A model generated the notes under the pieces. That model did no database searches. It saw nothing but the letters and a program-made list of their open reading frames with translations, and was not told the DNA's origin. Position numbers and translations under genes: made by a program. Shown here piece after piece: positions 9,505 through 19,361 of a DNA stretch of 64,000 nucleotides (within the stretch, counting starts at the first letter, position 1; each line of letters begins with the position of its first letter). The DNA is from a virus (taxonomy: Duplodnaviria > Caudoviricetes): IMG/VR virus record IMGVR_UViG_2882674194_000007, positions 86,196 to 150,195 of that record. The stretch is one strand, 5' to 3'.

Positions 9505-9730
9505 TGGAATATTTGCAAATTATACAGGGATTCCAATAATAGTTGTTCCTGATAGCAAAAAGCAAAATAGAACGCATAAGAAAAAGAGAATAAATAAGAA
9601 GTGGGCCAAGAGATATGGTTATACAGTATACAATTCAATTGAAGATGAAAAGGTGATTACGATGAATGGAAGCATGTATGTAAATCCGAGAACTTATTAT
9701 AAGCTAAAATCTCTTGAATTATATACTTAG
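9497..9730 (+). CDS. Basic phage protein
   Basis: RTHKKKRINKKWAKRYG motif. Confidence 0.6.
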   Translation: MNNGIFANYTGIPIIVVPDSKKQNRTHKKKRINKKWAKRYGYTVYNSIEDEKVITMNGSMYVNPRTYYKLKSLELYT

Positions 9731-9757
9731 AAATTCATTCTGTGTGGGAGGTGAATA

Positions 9758-10084
9758 ATGAACTCAAAATATGAAAATATGTCTTTAAAAGAAATTATTA
9801 GACAGATAGAAAAGAAGGATAAAAGAATTGCTGAGTTGGAGAAAAAAGTTTCTGATATGAATGACACCATCAGAACAATCGGTAATCAGAATCGTAAACT
9901 GAAAAGAAATAATGAAAGATATCAGGAACGATTAACAGAAGTTTTATATAAAGGTGAGATTAAGAATTGCTCAACATGTAAAAATAATGTTAAATTTCCT
10001 CCTCCTCATACTTGTGATATTTGTACCAGTTTAGACCAGGAAGAAGAATATGAGATGTGGGAGGAAAGGATTGAGATTAATTGA
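9758..10084 (+). CDS. Coiled-coil, Cys-rich hypothetical protein
   Basis: GGAGGTG RBS. Confidence 0.65.
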   Translation: MNSKYENMSLKEIIRQIEKKDKRIAELEKKVSDMNDTIRTIGNQNRKLKRNNERYQERLTEVLYKGEIKNCSTCKNNVKFPPPHTCDICTSLDQEEEYEMWEERIEIN

Positions 10085-10418
10085 TGCAGATAATTTAACA
10101 AAAGAAACAGAAAAATCTATGCATGACAATCCTCATAAAAATAGACAAATTTCTCAAAATCATTTAACAGAACATATTCATTTTTTGTCATTAATTGGAA
10201 GACAATCAACAGTAACAGACGATAGAATTACGAAAGCATTGGAGTTTGTATGGAATTATGGTCAAATTGATGGAGATCATCATAAGACATGGGTTATTGA
10301 TCAAATTGTTAGAATTTTGTGTGGTAGTAATGAGGAATATAAAAAGTGGGTTGATAAATATGAAGAACCTTTAGAAGATGGTGATTATTACAGTTGGAAT
10401 CAAGGTATCAATCCTTAA
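10072..10418 (+). CDS. Hypothetical phage protein (start uncertain)
   Basis: RLIDAD N-terminus; YGQIDGDHHKTWVIDQ. Confidence 0.55.
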
Positions 10419-10451
10419 ATCTTGCATTTTATAGGAGGAGAAAAAGAAGTT

Positions 10452-10811
10452 ATGAGCATGGAAAGTCATTATTACGTTATAGCTGGTTATGATTTGACTG
10501 GAAACGAAACAGATAAATTTAAGGATTGGAAGTGGTCAGATGAAGGAGAAGATTATATTTGCAACCAGTGCAAAGGCGAGATTCAATTTTTCGATGATCC
10601 AATGAGTGGTTCACATTTATATTTTGGATATGTTTTGGCTTCTGGTAATGAGTATAGTTTAGATACAGAAATGTTTGATGTGTCTGATATTGAAAAATGT
10701 TCTGGTAAGGTGAAAGCAGAATTGGTAAATCTTCAAGAACTGGGAGTGATTACAAAAAATCCACATTTTAAACCTGTGTTTAAGATTATTGTATTTGAAG
10801 AATGTAGATAG
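10452..10811 (+). CDS. Hypothetical protein
   Basis: GGAGGAG RBS after motif 10416. Confidence 0.65.
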   Translation: MSMESHYYVIAGYDLTGNETDKFKDWKWSDEGEDYICNQCKGEIQFFDDPMSGSHLYFGYVLASGNEYSLDTEMFDVSDIEKCSGKVKAELVNLQELGVITKNPHFKPVFKIIVFEECR

Positions 10812-11337
10812 AGGGGAGAAGATTCATATAACACATAATTACATAAATCTTACGAATGGTGTTGAAGCCATTCCAATGTTGAAATTTTGGAATGAAGATT
10901 ATAGATTTGTTCGCATTCAGTCAACTATCTGCGAACAAAAGAACTGGGACAGACTTATTCAGGATTTGGATTATGATTTCCTTATGAATTTAGCACTTGG
11001 ACACAAATGCATTGTATATGATTTTGGAGCGAGAAAGCCTGTTCCTAGAGCAGTATATCAGGGTTTAGAGTTTTTGAAATATGTTCTGAGTCGTAGGTGG
11101 TTAGATCAAGAATATATCACGAATGTAAACAGAAGTAAGAATCAAGAGAAAAAGAATAACTGTAATGACTATTTTTATAGGTGTTATCAGAGATTAGAAG
11201 ACAGAACTAAAAAGAAATTGGATTATTTCTTACCATATGTAATCACAAAAGAAATAAATTTGGGATGTGTTACTGATTGTACACAGCATGATAATGATAA
11301 AGAATTTTATAGAGAAATATTGAAACAGGTGAGTTAA
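10789..11337 (+). CDS. Hypothetical protein (start uncertain)
   Basis: 182-aa ORF. Confidence 0.6.
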   Translation: MYLKNVDRGEKIHITHNYINLTNGVEAIPMLKFWNEDYRFVRIQSTICEQKNWDRLIQDLDYDFLMNLALGHKCIVYDFGARKPVPRAVYQGLEFLKYVLSRRWLDQEYITNVNRSKNQEKKNNCNDYFYRCYQRLEDRTKKKLDYFLPYVITKEINLGCVTDCTQHDNDKEFYREILKQVS

Positions 11338-11358
11338 ATTTGGAAGGAGATACTGATT

Positions 11359-12027
11359 ATGAGTAAAGCGAAAAGATATAAAGGTCTGAAATTTAATTAT
11401 AGAGTCAAAGGACAAAACAAAATCTTTATGGATAAATATTTAACCATAGAAGATTTTCTCAAAACTCAATTTCCTAAAAATAATAATCTGGTATCTCCTT
11501 CATATGATACAGAAATATTCAATATAAATTGGAACTCGCATGAAGTTAGTATCAACGAAGATGTAAAAACTCTTTCTGATTTAATAGAAATTTTATCTGG
11601 TGAATGTTTTATCAGTAATACGGATATTAGATTAACTGAATCCGCATTGGAGAGAAAATCTGTTCATTATATTGAAGATGTAAGAGAAACAGTAAAAGAT
11701 GTTTTATTTGAGAAACTTAAAAAAGATGCAAAAGTAAAATTAGATGGCGACATCATAAAGGGTAATAGCCAAAGGTATCAGCTATTTTTTACAAAAGGTA
11801 CAAAATGTGTCTGTTGTGGAATTGAGGGAAAATATTTTGCAAAAGAGAAGAGAATAAAAGATAAATCGTACCATTTGAATTTGTATGGTATTGATAATAG
11901 CGGAAAAGAAGTCTTAATTACAAAAGATCACATAATTCCAAAATCAAAAGGTGGGAAAGATGAATTAGAAAATTATCAAACAATGTGTGTTAGATGTAAT
12001 AAAAGAAAAGGTAATAAAACAGAATAA
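11359..12027 (+). CDS. HNH endonuclease
   Basis: CVCCG...TKDHIIPKSKGG....NYQTMCVRCNKRKG. Confidence 0.85.
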   Translation: MSKAKRYKGLKFNYRVKGQNKIFMDKYLTIEDFLKTQFPKNNNLVSPSYDTEIFNINWNSHEVSINEDVKTLSDLIEILSGECFISNTDIRLTESALERKSVHYIEDVRETVKDVLFEKLKKDAKVKLDGDIIKGNSQRYQLFFTKGTKCVCCGIEGKYFAKEKRIKDKSYHLNLYGIDNSGKEVLITKDHIIPKSKGGKDELENYQTMCVRCNKRKGNKTE

Positions 12028-12100
12028 TTAATAAAGAAAGGATAAAATCAGAAGTTCCTATAGGTGAAAAGTGCGCACAGCTTATGACGGTAAGCGAGGA

Positions 12101-14299
12101 ATGAGAATTTTACTTTTATTAAGAGGATCTGCCGGATGTGGGAAATCTACATGGATTGAGAAAAATGGATTAAAACCATATACATTGTCGGCTGATGATA
12201 TAAGGCTTCTGTGTCAGAGTCCTATTATGCAAGTAGATGGCGCTGAAGGCATCAGCCAGGTAAACGATAATGTCACATGGAAGACTTTATTTAATTTGTT
12301 AGAAGTCAGAATGCAGAAGGGTGAATTTACTGTAATTGACGCTACAAATTCTAAGACTTCTGAAATGAACAGATATAAGGAAATGTGCAATACATATAGA
12401 TACAGGATTTATTGTGTTGATTTTACGGATATTTCTATTGATGAAGTTAAGAGAAGGAATGCAAACAGAGAAGTATTAAAGAGAGTCCCTGAAGAAGTGA
12501 TTGATAAGATGTATTCAAGATTTGCAACTCAGAAAATACCATCAGGTATCAAAGTTATCAAACCTGATGAATTAGATACTATCTGGATGAGAATGATCGA
12601 TATGTCTGAATACAAAAAGATTCATCATATTGGAGATATTCATGGATGTAATACAGTTTTGCAGAAGTACTTATCAGATAATGGTGGTATGAAAGATGAT
12701 GAGTTTTATATTTTTACAGGTGATTATATTGATAGAGGACTTGAAAATGCCGATGTTGTAAAATTTCTCATTTCCATTAAGGATAAGAAAAATGTTCTTA
12801 TGTTGGAGGGGAATCATGAGAGATGGTTGTGGCTATATGCAAATGGATGTACAGGTAAATCAAAAGAATTTGAATTAATTACAAAACCAGCTCTGGAAGA
12901 AGCGAGAATTGATAAGAAGGATATAAGGCAGCTTTATAGAAGATTTGGTCAGTGTGTTTATTATAAATATGGCGATAATGTTTATTTGGTTACTCATGCT
13001 GGACTTAGTACGCTTCCAAAGAATTTGTCATTTGTAGCAACGGATCAGATGATTAGAGGTGTTGGTGGTTACAATGATTTTGAGAAAATCGCAGAAACAT
13101 TTGTCAACACTACACCAGACAATGTTTATCAGATTCATGGACACAGAAATACAAAGAGATTAGATACAAAGGTAAATGACAGGGTATTCAATTTGGAAGG
13201 TCGTGTGGAATTTGGTGGAGAATTAAGATGTGTACAGGTTGATAAAAATGGTATTCACACAATCGAAATTCAAAATGAAGTATTCAAGACACCGGAAATG
13301 CAGAGTGAACAGACTGTTACAAGTAGTTCAGTTACAGACACGATTATCTCTTTAAGGGCTAATAGATATATTCAGGAAAAGAAATTTGGCAATATCTCTT
13401 CCTTTAATTTTACTGAAAAGGCATTTTATGACAAGGTTTGGGATGAACAGACCACAAAATCAAGAGGGTTATATCTTGATACCCTAAAAGGAAAAGTAGT
13501 TGCAAGGGCATATGATAAGTTCTTTAATATCAACGAAAGACCAGAAACGAAGTTTGATATGCTGCAATACAAACTGCAATTTCCTGTAACAGCTTATGTT
13601 AAAGAAAATGGTTTCTTGGGCATTGTAAGTTACAACGAATATGAAGATGATTTGTTGATTGCAAGTAAGTCTACTCTTGATAGCCAGTTTGCACAGTGGT
13701 TTAGAGAAATGTTATATGAAAAGATTTCTGCTGACAATATTCAGGAAATGAAGAAATATATTAAAGAGCATAATGTTTCATTTGTATTTGAGTGTGTTGA
13801 CATGAAGAATGACCCACATATTATCGAATATCCAAACAGTGAATTATTCTTACTTGATATTGTTCAGAATGATATGAACTTTTCTAAATATGAATATGAC
13901 ACAATGGTTGATGTTGCTAATCAGTTTGGAATTACAACGAAAGAAAAGGCATTTGAGATTGCAACATGGCAGGAGTTCTTTGATTGGTACTATGACATTT
14001 TGGAAGAAGATTATGAGTATGATGGACGCAAGATTGAAGGATTTGTCATTGAGGACAGTGTAGGCTACATGACAAAACTGAAACTGACATACTACAATTT
14101 CTGGAAGTTTATGAGAAGTATTTCACATGAAGCGATCAGGAATGGATATATCAGGAAGACATCGGCTTTAACTACTCCAACAGCAAATGAATATTATGCT
14201 TGGGTTAGAAAATTGCACGATGTAGAAGATAAAGATAGTATTCCGAGAGATATTTGTACGCTGAGAAGACTGTTTTATAAGGACAAGGAGAAAAATTGA
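12101..14299 (+). CDS. RNA repair enzyme: polynucleotide kinase + metallophosphoesterase + Rnl1-type RNA ligase
   Basis: GSAGCGKST P-loop and DATN; GDIHG/GDYIDRG/GNHE/HGH; RAYDKFFN, KENG, EGFV, KLK ligase motifs. Confidence 0.85.
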   Translation: MRILLLLRGSAGCGKSTWIEKNGLKPYTLSADDIRLLCQSPIMQVDGAEGISQVNDNVTWKTLFNLLEVRMQKGEFTVIDATNSKTSEMNRYKEMCNTYRYRIYCVDFTDISIDEVKRRNANREVLKRVPEEVIDKMYSRFATQKIPSGIKVIKPDELDTIWMRMIDMSEYKKIHHIGDIHGCNTVLQKYLSDNGGMKDDEFYIFTGDYIDRGLENADVVKFLISIKDKKNVLMLEGNHERWLWLYANGCTGKSKEFELITKPALEEARIDKKDIRQLYRRFGQCVYYKYGDNVYLVTHAGLSTLPKNLSFVATDQMIRGVGGYNDFEKIAETFVNTTPDNVYQIHGHRNTKRLDTKVNDRVFNLEGRVEFGGELRCVQVDKNGIHTIEIQNEVFKTPEMQSEQTVTSSSVTDTIISLRANRYIQEKKFGNISSFNFTEKAFYDKVWDEQTTKSRGLYLDTLKGKVVARAYDKFFNINERPETKFDMLQYKLQFPVTAYVKENGFLGIVSYNEYEDDLLIASKSTLDSQFAQWFREMLYEKISADNIQEMKKYIKEHNVSFVFECVDMKNDPHIIEYPNSELFLLDIVQNDMNFSKYEYDTMVDVANQFGITTKEKAFEIATWQEFFDWYYDILEEDYEYDGRKIEGFVIEDSVGYMTKLKLTYYNFWKFMRSISHEAIRNGYIRKTSALTTPTANEYYAWVRKLHDVEDKDSIPRDICTLRRLFYKDKEKN

Positions 14300-14307
14300 T
14301 AAAAATA

Positions 14308-14353
14308 TACCATATATAGTAGTTTGCTGTATTTGAAATTGCTATATATGGTA
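14308..14353. promoter_or_regulatory. Long inverted repeat with NrdR-box-like arms
   Basis: TACCATATATAGTAGTTT ... AAATTGCTATATATGGTA. Confidence 0.45.
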
Positions 14354-14395
14354 CAGACATGAAATCGAGATTTTAAGGTAGAAAAGAGGTGATAG

Positions 14396-15517
14396 ATAAC
14401 GAGAGTTTACAAGGAAAAACAGTTTCTGATTTTTGATTTCGAAGATGGAAGGACTGTCAAATATGATTTTGCCACAAAAACTTGTATAGGGATCAAAGGT
14501 AAACCAGTAAAAGGATTGCAGAGCCAATTATCAGGCATAACAATGAATCAGATAATTGAGTATTGTGCTGATGAAAAATATGCTAAATTTCTCAAATTTG
14601 TACAGAATAGATACCCAAATTACATATCAAATATAGGTACAATTCTTTCAAAAGTTCCACAGTATTCAAAATTTGAACAGATATTTTCAGCAGGATTCGA
14701 TAGTATTGTAGATAGAAATTTTACAAAAACAATCAATGATATTCCAAAATCTTTAATCAAAATAGCGAGAGATAGACAAATAAAAATATCAGATAGATTT
14801 TGTGATTATTGGAAAAGAAATCCTAATGCTCATTTTCTGGCGTATCAGCTTGATTATATATCTTTAACAGATGAAGACATCAATAAAATTTTAATGAGAG
14901 AAAGTTATGATTATGTTGATGGGATTAGTAATTACTATTCCTATTTTAATAAGTTGATTGAAGAATACGGATATAATCCGAAAGCATTGTTGCTGTATCT
15001 TGACACTCTAAAAACTTTTGAAGCAATAGAAGATATGTGTCATTTACTTGGTGAATTGGTAGATTATGCAAGAATGATGAATACAATCAGTCCAAAATTT
15101 GATAAATATCCACAGAATTTTCTTACTACACATAAGATTGCATGTAGAAATTACAACAGATTAAAGAAAGAGTTTTCAGAGGAAACATTTAGGACAAGAA
15201 TAAATAAAAAGTTAGAATATTCATTTGGGGAGTATCAGTTTATTTATCCTGATAGTACCCAAGACATTAAGGACGAGGCAGTATCACAAAATAATTGTGT
15301 GGCTTCTTACATAGATAAAGTTATTGATGGAGAATGTCATATTATGTTCTTGCGTAAGAAATCTAATCCTAAAGAGAGCCTTGTCACTATTGAGATACGA
15401 AACAATCATATTGTACAAGCCAGAAGAAGGTTTAATGATCCTGTTACTCCAGAGGATCAGGAAGCAATTGATAAATGGAATAAGAAATTTGCAGATAAAG
15501 AAAGGAAAGCAGCATGA
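14396..15517 (+). CDS. PcfJ-like domain protein (probable ATA start)
   Basis: EAVSQNNCVASY..V...C.I.FLR....LVTIEIR; frame open from ATA 14396 behind GAGGTGA. Confidence 0.75.
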   Translation: MTRVYKEKQFLIFDFEDGRTVKYDFATKTCIGIKGKPVKGLQSQLSGITMNQIIEYCADEKYAKFLKFVQNRYPNYISNIGTILSKVPQYSKFEQIFSAGFDSIVDRNFTKTINDIPKSLIKIARDRQIKISDRFCDYWKRNPNAHFLAYQLDYISLTDEDINKILMRESYDYVDGISNYYSYFNKLIEEYGYNPKALLLYLDTLKTFEAIEDMCHLLGELVDYARMMNTISPKFDKYPQNFLTTHKIACRNYNRLKKEFSEETFRTRINKKLEYSFGEYQFIYPDSTQDIKDEAVSQNNCVASYIDKVIDGECHIMFLRKKSNPKESLVTIEIRNNHIVQARRRFNDPVTPEDQEAIDKWNKKFADKERKAA

Positions 15518-15948
15518 TTACAAAAGGAAATGAGATTAGGCTGATTAAGCCGATGGGAGTATTTGATAATATCGGAGAAGTTTGCGAAGTAACAGATGTA
15601 TCAGAAGATGGTGTTATAAGTTTTAAATTTGGTGGCTGTCATCTTGGGTGTATGTCTTATAACGAATTTGAAAAGTATTTTGAATTAGTAAAGAAGGAAG
15701 TACCAGAAGAAAAAAGTGATGAAGATGCTGATTCTATGACAGAAAATAAAGAAGTGTATGAATTAATTGAGTGGTGTAAAGAGAATGATAAACCATTTTA
15801 TCCAAAGTTGTATTTGAATGTACTGGAAAAGAGAAATAGTATTACACAGTCGATTCTTGGAATGTATAAAAATAGATTGTGTTTGGTGCAATTTAAGAAT
15901 AAAACTTTTAAGGATTCAGATTTTAGCGGATTAAAGATTTTGATTTAA
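15514..15948 (+). CDS. Hypothetical protein
   Basis: ATGA overlap. Confidence 0.65.
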   Translation: MITKGNEIRLIKPMGVFDNIGEVCEVTDVSEDGVISFKFGGCHLGCMSYNEFEKYFELVKKEVPEEKSDEDADSMTENKEVYELIEWCKENDKPFYPKLYLNVLEKRNSITQSILGMYKNRLCLVQFKNKTFKDSDFSGLKILI

Positions 15949-15960
15949 TTAGAAAAACAT

Positions 15961-16084
15961 ACACTTGACTATCTACCAGAGTGTTCAATCACTCAATCAG
16001 ATAAATTTCGTTGTTTTCATTTTAACCTCTTTTTTGGGAATGTTCAAGTTTGTGGCTTGAGCATTCTGATAGATGGTCAAGTGT
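15961..16084 (+). ncRNA. Candidate structured RNA: 28-bp stem with an alternative hairpin
   Basis: 15961-15988 pairs with 16057-16084 (3 G-U pairs, 1 mismatch on + strand). Confidence 0.55.
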
Positions 16085-16104
16085 GGAAGATGAAGGTGAA
16101 AAAT

Positions 16105-16398
16105 ATGAACAAAGCTAAGAAATATTATGTAGATGAAAGAAAAAATATGATTGGTTATATAAGAAATTATGGGTTTGAAAAAGTAGAAAAGCCAGCAAAA
16201 ATGTTTCATGCTAAATTAAAAATTAGCAAAGTTGGATGGTTGAATGAAGGTTTCTATTTTATATTAGAAGATGAAAATGGCAAAACGTATTCTATGAATG
16301 ATGTTTTATTTAGAGAGTACATTGAAGTAAACGATGTTTTTATTGAAGGAGATTGGAACTTTTATCAGCAAGGAACGGCATTTAGTATTGGGTTATGA
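16105..16398 (+). CDS. Hypothetical protein
   Basis: AAGGTG RBS then ATG. Confidence 0.6.
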   Translation: MNKAKKYYVDERKNMIGYIRNYGFEKVEKPAKMFHAKLKISKVGWLNEGFYFILEDENGKTYSMNDVLFREYIEVNDVFIEGDWNFYQQGTAFSIGL

Positions 16399-16529
16399 CA
16401 CGTTGAAAAATCTGTTTCAAAGGGAGTTATCAACTCATAACTGGTGATCTCCATTCGTGAGATAGTTGCCTTACCAATTCTAACGACTCACTTCAAACGG
16501 TAGAAAATCAGCGTTTACGACAGGCGGTA

Positions 16530-17348
16530 GTGAAGATCTTTCCTTGTACGAGAACAAGGGCAAACTACACTGAAAGGTTGGTGATAGATATCCGAAAAGG
16601 GTTTGAAAAGCGTTTTAATCATGGAGATATTGTTTATTGGTGTAATAGAAACGGAAATGAATATAGTGTGAAATATGGACGAGTAGATGAGCAGTTTTCG
16701 GATGCTGTATGTATAGATTTATTGGAGTCGAAAGAAACAAGATATATAGATGGAGTTCCAATTGATGAATTTAAGGATAATCAAAAATATAGAAAGCTTC
16801 CTAAAGGCTGGACATATAATACAAAACTATTTGATTTGGAATGGAGAACTGATCCTGAAGATGAAAAATTATTTAAAGAATTATGTGTGCGAATAGATGA
16901 TCCAGAGTCAATTAAGAAAGCATATGAATCAGGATTGCTTGTTAAATCAGATAAGATTTTTCATGGACATATTGAAACAGATATTATTAAAGAAGGGTTT
17001 CGTATTATCAAGAAATATCCTATGTGGCAACATCATATAACTCATGTGAGCATCAGACCAGATAAAGTTTATTTTACATATCAAGAGGCAAAGGCTGAAG
17101 TAGAAGAGTATCTTGAAGAATTTAGGAGACAAGCTGCATTATCTGATTATGAATGGGCAGTAGAGGAGATTGACAAAACTCTTAATCATTGGAAAGTATT
17201 TCAGGATGCTACAGACGAGGAAGTGAATGCGTATCGTGAGTGGTTGCTTTCTATGAAAAATGTAGAAGAAATTGAAACGAGAATCAGTCTTGGAAACATT
17301 CAGTGGAAATATGAAAAGAACAAGAAATGGAATAATATTGTTTTGTGA
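16530..17348 (+). CDS. Hypothetical phage protein (true start probably ~16590)
   Basis: Long ORF. Confidence 0.7.
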   Translation: MKIFPCTRTRANYTERLVIDIRKGFEKRFNHGDIVYWCNRNGNEYSVKYGRVDEQFSDAVCIDLLESKETRYIDGVPIDEFKDNQKYRKLPKGWTYNTKLFDLEWRTDPEDEKLFKELCVRIDDPESIKKAYESGLLVKSDKIFHGHIETDIIKEGFRIIKKYPMWQHHITHVSIRPDKVYFTYQEAKAEVEEYLEEFRRQAALSDYEWAVEEIDKTLNHWKVFQDATDEEVNAYREWLLSMKNVEEIETRISLGNIQWKYEKNKKWNNIVL

Positions 17349-17358
17349 GGAGAAATAG

Positions 17359-17683
17359 AATGAGTAGTATTATTAACGGTGTCGCATCTGAGTATGATAT
17401 GCAGAAAGTATCAAGAACTTATGAAAGTAATAGTAAACTACCACAAACAAGCTGTAGAGTACCAATGCCGAAAACAAAAGAATTTGGAGAAAAAATTTGT
17501 GAGAACTGTGATAAAGAAGACGTGTGTATGTACAAAGAAGAGTGTATGAAAGCAGTAAAAGATATTTTAGATATTGAAAGTAGGGCTGACGTATTTATCA
17601 GGACTCATATTGATTGTAAAAAGTGGAGTAAAAAATCTGTTGGAATTAATATGAATGATATTTTATACAGACAAAAAGGTTAG
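17359..17683 (+). CDS. Cys-rich protein, paralog of 29027-29287
   Basis: KICENCDKEDVCMYKEEC identical in both copies. Confidence 0.7.
17434..17671 (+). repeat. 238-bp diverged duplication, copy 1
   Basis: Ungapped similarity to 29047-29284. Confidence 0.9.
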
Positions 17684-17690
17684 CATTGTA

Positions 17691-18095
17691 ATGAAAAAAT
17701 ACAAAGAGAAATATAAAACAGGAATGATCTTCAGAAGTAAGAAATACCCCTGGGCAGACATTATAATTGATTATGTTAGTTATAATCGTATGGCTGAAAA
17801 TTCTTATGAGTTCAATACATATTCGATTATTGACTGGCATAGAGCGAATGGTATTGAGTTTGACAAATTCGTATGTAGAAGAAAAGGTTATGATTATAAT
17901 CCAGAAGAAGATGGACGAATGGACTTTAGAGATAAAACAACATTCCCATATCCTTCTTGGGGAGAGATGAAACCTAAGTCAATGGATGCTTATATCAAAA
18001 AGTATGAACTTGAATATGTAGGAATGAGTGATAGAGAAATAACAATATATCAAGATGACGAAGTTGAGTATTCATCTGGATTTAAGAATAAATAA
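17691..18095 (+). CDS. Hypothetical protein
   Basis: ORF track. Confidence 0.6.
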   Translation: MKKYKEKYKTGMIFRSKKYPWADIIIDYVSYNRMAENSYEFNTYSIIDWHRANGIEFDKFVCRRKGYDYNPEEDGRMDFRDKTTFPYPSWGEMKPKSMDAYIKKYELEYVGMSDREITIYQDDEVEYSSGFKNK

Positions 18096-18137
18096 GCAAG
18101 AAAATTTTCATTTTATTAGTTTAGGAGAAGAAAAAAG

Positions 18138-18731
18138 ATGAATATAGATAGGGATGATCCGAATAGAAATTATTTTCTAAATTTGTTTAGAAATATTGTT
18201 AAAAAGGATGATGGTTATTGTCTACAAAAGGTTTACGAAGAAGATGAAAACGGAAATATTAGGCAAACAGATGTGAGTAAATCTAATAGATATGAAAACC
18301 AATATTCCAAGAATTGCTATCGTTGTACATACAGTAATAATAAAAGTTGTTTACTTAGAACAAAGTTAGAAGGTTGCTCTGAAAATAATTTTATTCCTTT
18401 TGATTGGGTAGGAAACTGTGATGCTTATTCTCCTATATATCCCTTAAGAATAATTAAATCAGAAAAAGAGATGATTGACTTTATTGAAATAGTGAAAACC
18501 TTCTTTGAATGTCCAGAAGAATATGAATCTTATTTTGGTTTTAAAAGAAAATGGGATGAAGAAACTGGTGAGATTTTAGAAACAACAAAAGAATATTACG
18601 ATAGAGGCGGTAGGTTTAATAATATTCCTGATAAGTTTCCTTGTGTAATTTATTTTGGTATTGTAGATTTTAATGGAGAAAGAATGAGTAATAAGAAATT
18701 GAATTGGATTTATGTGGGAGAAGAGAGTTAA
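18138..18731 (+). CDS. Hypothetical protein
   Basis: 197-aa ORF with RBS. Confidence 0.65.
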   Translation: MNIDRDDPNRNYFLNLFRNIVKKDDGYCLQKVYEEDENGNIRQTDVSKSNRYENQYSKNCYRCTYSNNKSCLLRTKLEGCSENNFIPFDWVGNCDAYSPIYPLRIIKSEKEMIDFIEIVKTFFECPEEYESYFGFKRKWDEETGEILETTKEYYDRGGRFNNIPDKFPCVIYFGIVDFNGERMSNKKLNWIYVGEES

Positions 18732-19126
18732 TGATATATACAAGTTATTTTGCAAAATTAAAAGAATTAGAAAAACACAATATCATACCAATATCAATCT
18801 GTGGCAAAGCACCTGATTGGTATAAGGGGATACAGTATAAGAAACTGGCTCCGAAGTATGGATTCTTTATGGAGTGGAAGAAAAATCATGATAATGACTA
18901 TTATATAGAACATTTTAAAGCTGAGGTTCTGGATGGATTGGATGCTACTAATGTAATTAAGGAATTAAATTATTTAGTTCCGAATGTAAATGGCAAAGAT
19001 ATTGCGCTGATCTGTTATGAGAAACCGTCAGATTTTTGTCATAGACATTTGGTGGCTGAGTGGTTAAATCAGAATGGATTTAAGTGTGAGGAATGGAGGA
19101 AACAACAATTAGAGAAGAAGAATTAG
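18731..19126 (+). CDS. DUF488-like protein
   Basis: MIYTSYF...LAP...LICYEKPSDFCHRHLVAEWL. Confidence 0.75.
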   Translation: MIYTSYFAKLKELEKHNIIPISICGKAPDWYKGIQYKKLAPKYGFFMEWKKNHDNDYYIEHFKAEVLDGLDATNVIKELNYLVPNVNGKDIALICYEKPSDFCHRHLVAEWLNQNGFKCEEWRKQQLEKKN

Positions 19127-19344
19127 TAAAAAATTTGAAACGATTAGGTAAAGAAGCTACATGGTGTAGAACTTGCCTCAGAAGGAATAAATGCGACATT
19201 AAAGAAACCGTTGCTATGGAGCAGAAATTAGTAGCTCCCTATCCAGTGAAATATGTAGATGTGAAAATAAAATGTAGAAAATATATAAAAGATAGCAAAT
19301 TACCAAACACACCAGATGTTTTTGCATCAATATTTTCTGTATAG
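19093..19344 (+). CDS. Hypothetical protein
   Basis: ORF track. Confidence 0.55.
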   Translation: MEETTIREEELVKNLKRLGKEATWCRTCLRRNKCDIKETVAMEQKLVAPYPVKYVDVKIKCRKYIKDSKLPNTPDVFASIFSV

Positions 19345-19361
19345 GATAGGAGAAACAAATA

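Noticed and set aside
9728-9745. Very degenerate motif copies (also ~5030, ~12044, ~49283)
   Set aside because: Too many mismatches to distinguish from AT-rich background; not counted
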